Of a DNA stretch of 64,000 nucleotides, positions 58,733 through 64,000 are shown piece after piece. Every line of letters begins with the position of its first letter. Positions within the stretch are counted from its first letter, which is position 1. The DNA is from Eledone cirrhosa (Eukaryota). The stretch spans positions 73,594,001-73,658,000 of the forward strand of contig OZ024745.1 of assembly GCA_964016885.1 (NCBI GenBank). The letters run 5' to 3'. Made by a program: the position numbers and the translations under genes. The notes under the pieces were generated by a model. It made no database searches. It was given only the letters and a program-made list of their open reading frames with translations, and was not told the origin of the DNA.

Positions 58733-58795
<63 letters not shown>

Positions 58796-58905
58796 CACGC
58801 ATACACACACACTCATGTATGTATATATATATATCAAATTATAATAGCGAGTAAATAATAGGCAAAATATACTTATTTTTTTCTTTACATATATACATGT
58901 GTGTG

Positions 58906-59000
<95 letters not shown>

Positions 59001-59035
59001 CAGGTCGCTCTTCAGCGCTACTGGTAACATATAAC

Positions 59036-59190
59036 CCAGTACAATATGTGCATGGTCGGGTCGGTGGCGAGTAAACCGGCAACCTCACTACGTTGTTTGG
59101 TGAGAAGGGTGATTTTGGACACCCTGCAGGATCAAAAACAAAACCCTTCAAAAGGCAGAGGAACACAGGAGACTCAACGGCCATTCAATA
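59036..59190 (+). mobile_element. Diverged 5' fragment of the RTE-derived repeat
   Basis: CATGGTCGGGTCG...CCTGCAGGATCAAAAACAAAACC matches the reverse complement of 60740-60880. Confidence 0.7.
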
Positions 59191-59218
59191 AAGTTTTTTT
59201 TTTTGTGGCGCAAGAGAG

Positions 59219-59400
59219 CCATTGGCAGCATCAGTAGAGGGTCGGACGCCATGCTTTTCAGCATAGTTACGTCCCTTTACGATCTGAGTTCAAATCCCGC
59301 CGAGGTTGACTTTGCCTTTCATCCTTACGGGGTCGATAAAATAAAGTACCAGTAATGCACTGGGTAATTACTGGCCTTGTGCCAAAAGTAGAAACAATTA
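59219..59400 (+). mobile_element. Young SINE copy
   Basis: Nearly identical to 11170-11350. Confidence 0.9.
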
Positions 59401-59506
59401 TTCATTAAGGCATTTCTAGAAGATCACACTGATATATAACTTGCGACTCATTTGCTTCCAATGGTGTAGACCAGTTCATCTTATTGGGCAAATACATTCG
59501 ATGTTC

Positions 59507-59698
59507 AATTAATAGGAGTTAAAAACTAAAAATTAAAGATTTAAAATTAAAATCAAATATTGGAGTAAGTTTTTTTCCATCTTTCTTGCTCAAAATTTGG
59601 CTGGAGAAATTTTGAGCAAGAAAGATGGAAAAAAACTTACTCCAACATTTGATTTTAATTTTAAATCTTTAATTTTTAGTTTTTAACACCTATTAATT
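59507..59698. repeat. Palindrome with 92-bp arms and an 8-nt spacer, just upstream of an HHR
   Basis: Arms 59507-59598 and 59607-59698, with two substitutions seen. Confidence 0.9.
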
Positions 59699-59726
59699 CT
59701 TTTTAATTTTTTATTTCAATACTCAA

Positions 59727-59771
59727 CATTTGATAAGATGAATTTTAATAATACATCGAAACCGGTAATTC
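59727..59771 (+). ncRNA. Minimal hammerhead, U3-A8 variant, second family
   Basis: AT-TTGATAA-GATG (13-nt loop) CATC-GAAA-CCGG-TA^AT. Stem I is only 2 bp in this copy. Confidence 0.6.
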
Positions 59772-60258
59772 TTTATATACTTTATATACATCATAAAACC
59801 TTTTTTTAAAAAGAATTGTCCCTCTCATTTTTTTCAACAATGTTATCCTTTCAATAATCTCACTTTGACGAATCAAAGAAAGGGTAAAAAAAACAGAAAA
59901 ACAGACCCTTTTATATATTTTCCGTGCTATTTCGAACTTTCTACCTAGCCTAATTTCATACACACTCCTTAGAATTTGGTGTATAGAATTCACTTTCAAC
60001 GCTTGACCGGCTCCACCCACTCCCTCATTGTTCTACAGGCAAGTTCAGCCACCCCCATCTCCCACCCACCCACCATCATGTAAGATTTAATTGTGTTTAC
60101 AAGAAATTTTGACCAATCCTTTTGACAACTAAAATCTTCCCATATAAGGAATTACCCCATGAAAAGTTCGGGTATTTATTACCACGCTAAAAATTCTAAT
60201 TTAGTCCAGAAATAGCCGTTGAAACGGCTTGAGCTCTGCGGTCGGGGTTAAACATTTT

Positions 60259-60298
<40 letters not shown>

Positions 60299-60301
<3 letters not shown>

Positions 60302-60895
60302 TGGCTGCCAATATATATATATATATGGTGGCTGCCAACTCGAGTACGGCCACTACTTTATATCGATGTAGGAGAACCCCTACCGATGCGCTGAGCGTTT
60401 GTGACTTTTTAGTCTAGCCAGCGACTTGAAAACTCTAGTACAAACACTACACTTGTGACAATTATTGACACATAGTGCTGGGCCCATGGTACCATACAAC
60501 GACAAGTGCAGAGAGATCTCCAGATATAAAGCAATGCCTGTGCCGTGAAGATTTTATAGTGAGCAAAGGCACTGCACAAAGCCAGTCCCACTCTCTTAAC
60601 CAAGATGATATTTACCAAAAAGAAGAACAAGTCAACATCATTGGATACCATCAGGGTTGCAGGTGTTATATAAGAGTTTTCCTTCTCCTAGAATTCTGCC
60701 TTGACAAAGGCTAAGGGGTCATCTCTCCCGGTGATTTTGGATGGCCATTGACTCTTAAGAGCTCCTTTTCCCTTTGACAGGTTTTGTTTTTAGTCCTGCA
60801 GGATGTCCAAAGTCACCCTCCTCACCAAGAAACCTTGGTGGGGTTGCCAGTTTAGTCGTCAACGACCCGACCATGAGACAGGTTGTACTTGGATA
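60299..60895 (-). mobile_element. Longer copy of the RTE-derived non-autonomous repeat, with a duplicated terminal 13 bp
   Basis: Matches 1115-1611. TGGTGGCTGCCAA occurs at 60299 and again at 60326, separated by (TA)n. Confidence 0.7.
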
Positions 60896-60908
60896 CATGA
60901 TACCATAT

Positions 60909-60941
<33 letters not shown>

Positions 60942-61759
60942 GGAAAGTTATATTTAAATTGTTGGGTTACAACTAGTAAATATTTATAACTGATATAAAA
61001 GCACTCAACAAGTATTTGGAGTATATTTACGATATTAAATAAATGGAAACTATATTTATAAAACCATATTTATTTCATTATATATATTTCAGGGATATCA
61101 TATTAACAATATGTTATGCCTTCCTCAGACAAAATACAATATAGACAGTTTTATAGATAAATAGATTTGACATACCGTTCAACATCGACTTGTATTTGAA
61201 AAAGTTGATTTGGCAGTGAAAAAATTGTAAGCAGAAAGAAAGAAAGAGAGAAAGAAGGAAAGAAAGAAAAGAAAGAAAGAAAACGAAGAAAAAGAAGAGA
61301 AAGAAGAAATGCATGCAACACAATAGAGAGATGGAAAGATAGATAAAGAGAAGAACTTCATGTAAAGAAACAGAGAGAGATATATATAGAGAGAGGAAAT
61401 AGATAGAGATAGATATATATAGAGAAAAGTAGGTAGTTGGACATCCGTTGAATAAACGTATCAATGATACATTTATTTATTTATTTATTTATTTAGCTCT
61501 AGTATTAATGTAAGGGAGATATATGTGGTTAGGAGAGAAACCAGCTGTTATATATAGAGAAAAATGAAAAGTAACCAGACATAGGCGAGGCATAAAAACC
61601 CTATGTTTTAATGTAGAAGTATTAGTACGTATAAAAACCAGGCACTATATTGTAAATATCAGTATTCCTGAATGAGACACGTATCCATAATGTGTGAAAA
61701 GTAATGATCTTATGTTTAGTTTTAAAAATTCATATGTTTATATGATAACTACAAACATC

Positions 61760-62240
61760 GATGTGAATTTACAAAAGGAATTTTGAATTTTGAAAATGAC
61801 TTGCCAGTTAGATTGATCGCACCATCAAAATCGGACCTGGGCAAATTAAGCAAAAACATTCTTGACAGGGTGATACAGCAAATTAAGAACTTGGATTGTT
61901 TACCTAACCTGAGCTTGTGGAAGGGAACAGGAGAGGTTGTTGAGTGGTTTAAGCAAATTAAATATAACAATAATAATAAGTTTATTCAACTTGATATTGC
62001 TAACTATTATTCTTCTATTACCCCTAATCTACTAAATAAGGCACTAAATTACGCATTCAAACATACAGACCTAACTAGCAATGAAATGCACATTATATTA
62101 TCGGCTAGGAAAACATTGATAGAATTTAATGACCAACTATGGACCAGAGCAGATAGAGATAGCAATTTTGACATTACTATAGGATCATCCGACTCAGCTC
62201 AGGTAACTGACCTTGTGGGCTTATTTTTAATCAATCTTAT
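61760..62240 (+). mobile_element. Penelope-like reverse transcriptase fragment
   Basis: RLIAPSKSDLGKLSK.ILD...LWKGT..VVEWF...KFIQLDIANYYSSI...FDITIGSSDSAQVTDLVGLFL matches PLE RT motifs. Confidence 0.85.
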
Positions 62241-62618
62241 GGATGTGATAAATAAAGAAGTAAAAAAATACATATATATATATATATATATAGAAAGACT
62301 GAAATAGATAAAATTTAATAAAAAGTAGTGTGTCTATCTAAATATCCATAATATTAAAGATATTAATTATATTTACTAATCCTAGGTATTGATGTGATAG
62401 ATAGGGGATGCGGTTAAAATAAGTAGTGAGGTTAAAGATAACTTTAGGTAAAGTGAGCTGCAAGAGGGAAATAAAATTATGAAATTCTTTGTAGTAAATA
62501 TCTAATTATAGGTAAACTAAATTTTAAAAAAAAATTTTAATTAATTTTAATAATTTGTAAAATATAAGAGTGAGGTATATATTACTTAAGTTTATAGTAT
62601 TTGAAGGTTTTTCTAATT

Positions 62619-63270
<652 letters not shown>

Positions 63271-64000
63271 CATACATCAGGGGCAGTGGAAGCATTTCTG
63301 AATTGGGAGAGGGAGGACAAAAATATTATGTTCTGTGCTTTTTTCTAAGGAGTTAATATATCGAACTTCATATATATAAATATTGGAAAAGTAAATAACA
63401 ACAACAAGGAGTACATTTACGAAATACCATTTATTATGACTAATGTTGAGCTTTGTTATTCTAAAGTTTAACCTGCGCTCTCACAGCATCACAAGTCTTG
63501 TCTGGTGAGACTCTAGTGTAACAAGGCTTAACCATAATAAATGAACATTTAAACTCTACTTCGGTATTGAGTTTTCATTCTTACGTCTGTCAATAATTCA
63601 CGACTCTGAGGTCTTCAATAATCATCTCCAGCCCACGATTATTAATTTGTCAGATTCCCCTCTTCCCGGGTTTTATTCCACTCTCACCACTCACCGGCGA
63701 AATATTATTGTAAGTGATTCATATTGATGCAGCAGCTGGAGAATCTAATAATAATTTTTTTTTACATTAAAAAAAAAAAATTATATATGACAAAAGAAAG
63801 ACATTACAAGAAAGCCCATATTTACGAACATATACTATACAATTACTGATTTCCCAAGCCCCACCCCTCCCATTATGTTTTGTATATGTGTATATGTGGG
63901 TATGTATGAGTGTGTGTGTGTTTGCACGTATGTATGGTGTGTAGGGTTTTGGTATATGTACGTTTAGTGAACATATGTGTAATTACCTGTAGGTATGTGT

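Noticed and set aside
60670-60880. HDV-like ribozyme at the 5' end of the RTE-derived repeat
   Set aside because: Such ribozymes are known from some RTE elements, but I could not assign P1, P1.1, P2 and P3 by eye.

Overview
AT-rich, microsatellite-dense eukaryotic DNA with no confidently identifiable host gene. The many tRNA-derived SINEs carrying a GCCTTTCATCCTT.CGGGGTCGATAAA (Nin/Deu-type) core resemble octopod SINEs, so the source is probably an octopod cephalopod (inference). The window is mostly retroelement remains: a decayed R4/Dong-type LINE (RT plus restriction-like endonuclease), a young but internally deleted Tx1/L1-type LINE with older relatives, CRE-clade 3' fragments, Penelope-like (PLE) RT and GIY-YIG fragments, mariner and Tigger MITEs, and Helitron-like elements. 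The main unannotated signal is a dense set of type I hammerhead ribozyme (HHR) motifs, found by eye in short elements inside (TA)n tracts. They include near-canonical copies, two unrelated families with a U3-A8 core covariation, several families with a very long stem II, and an atypical HHR-like fold in each unit of a near-perfect 615-bp tandem array (retrozyme candidate). These elements go with many fold-back palindromes, some of whose breakpoints lie at or near predicted cleavage sites or in stem II. All folds were read manually and none is tested.
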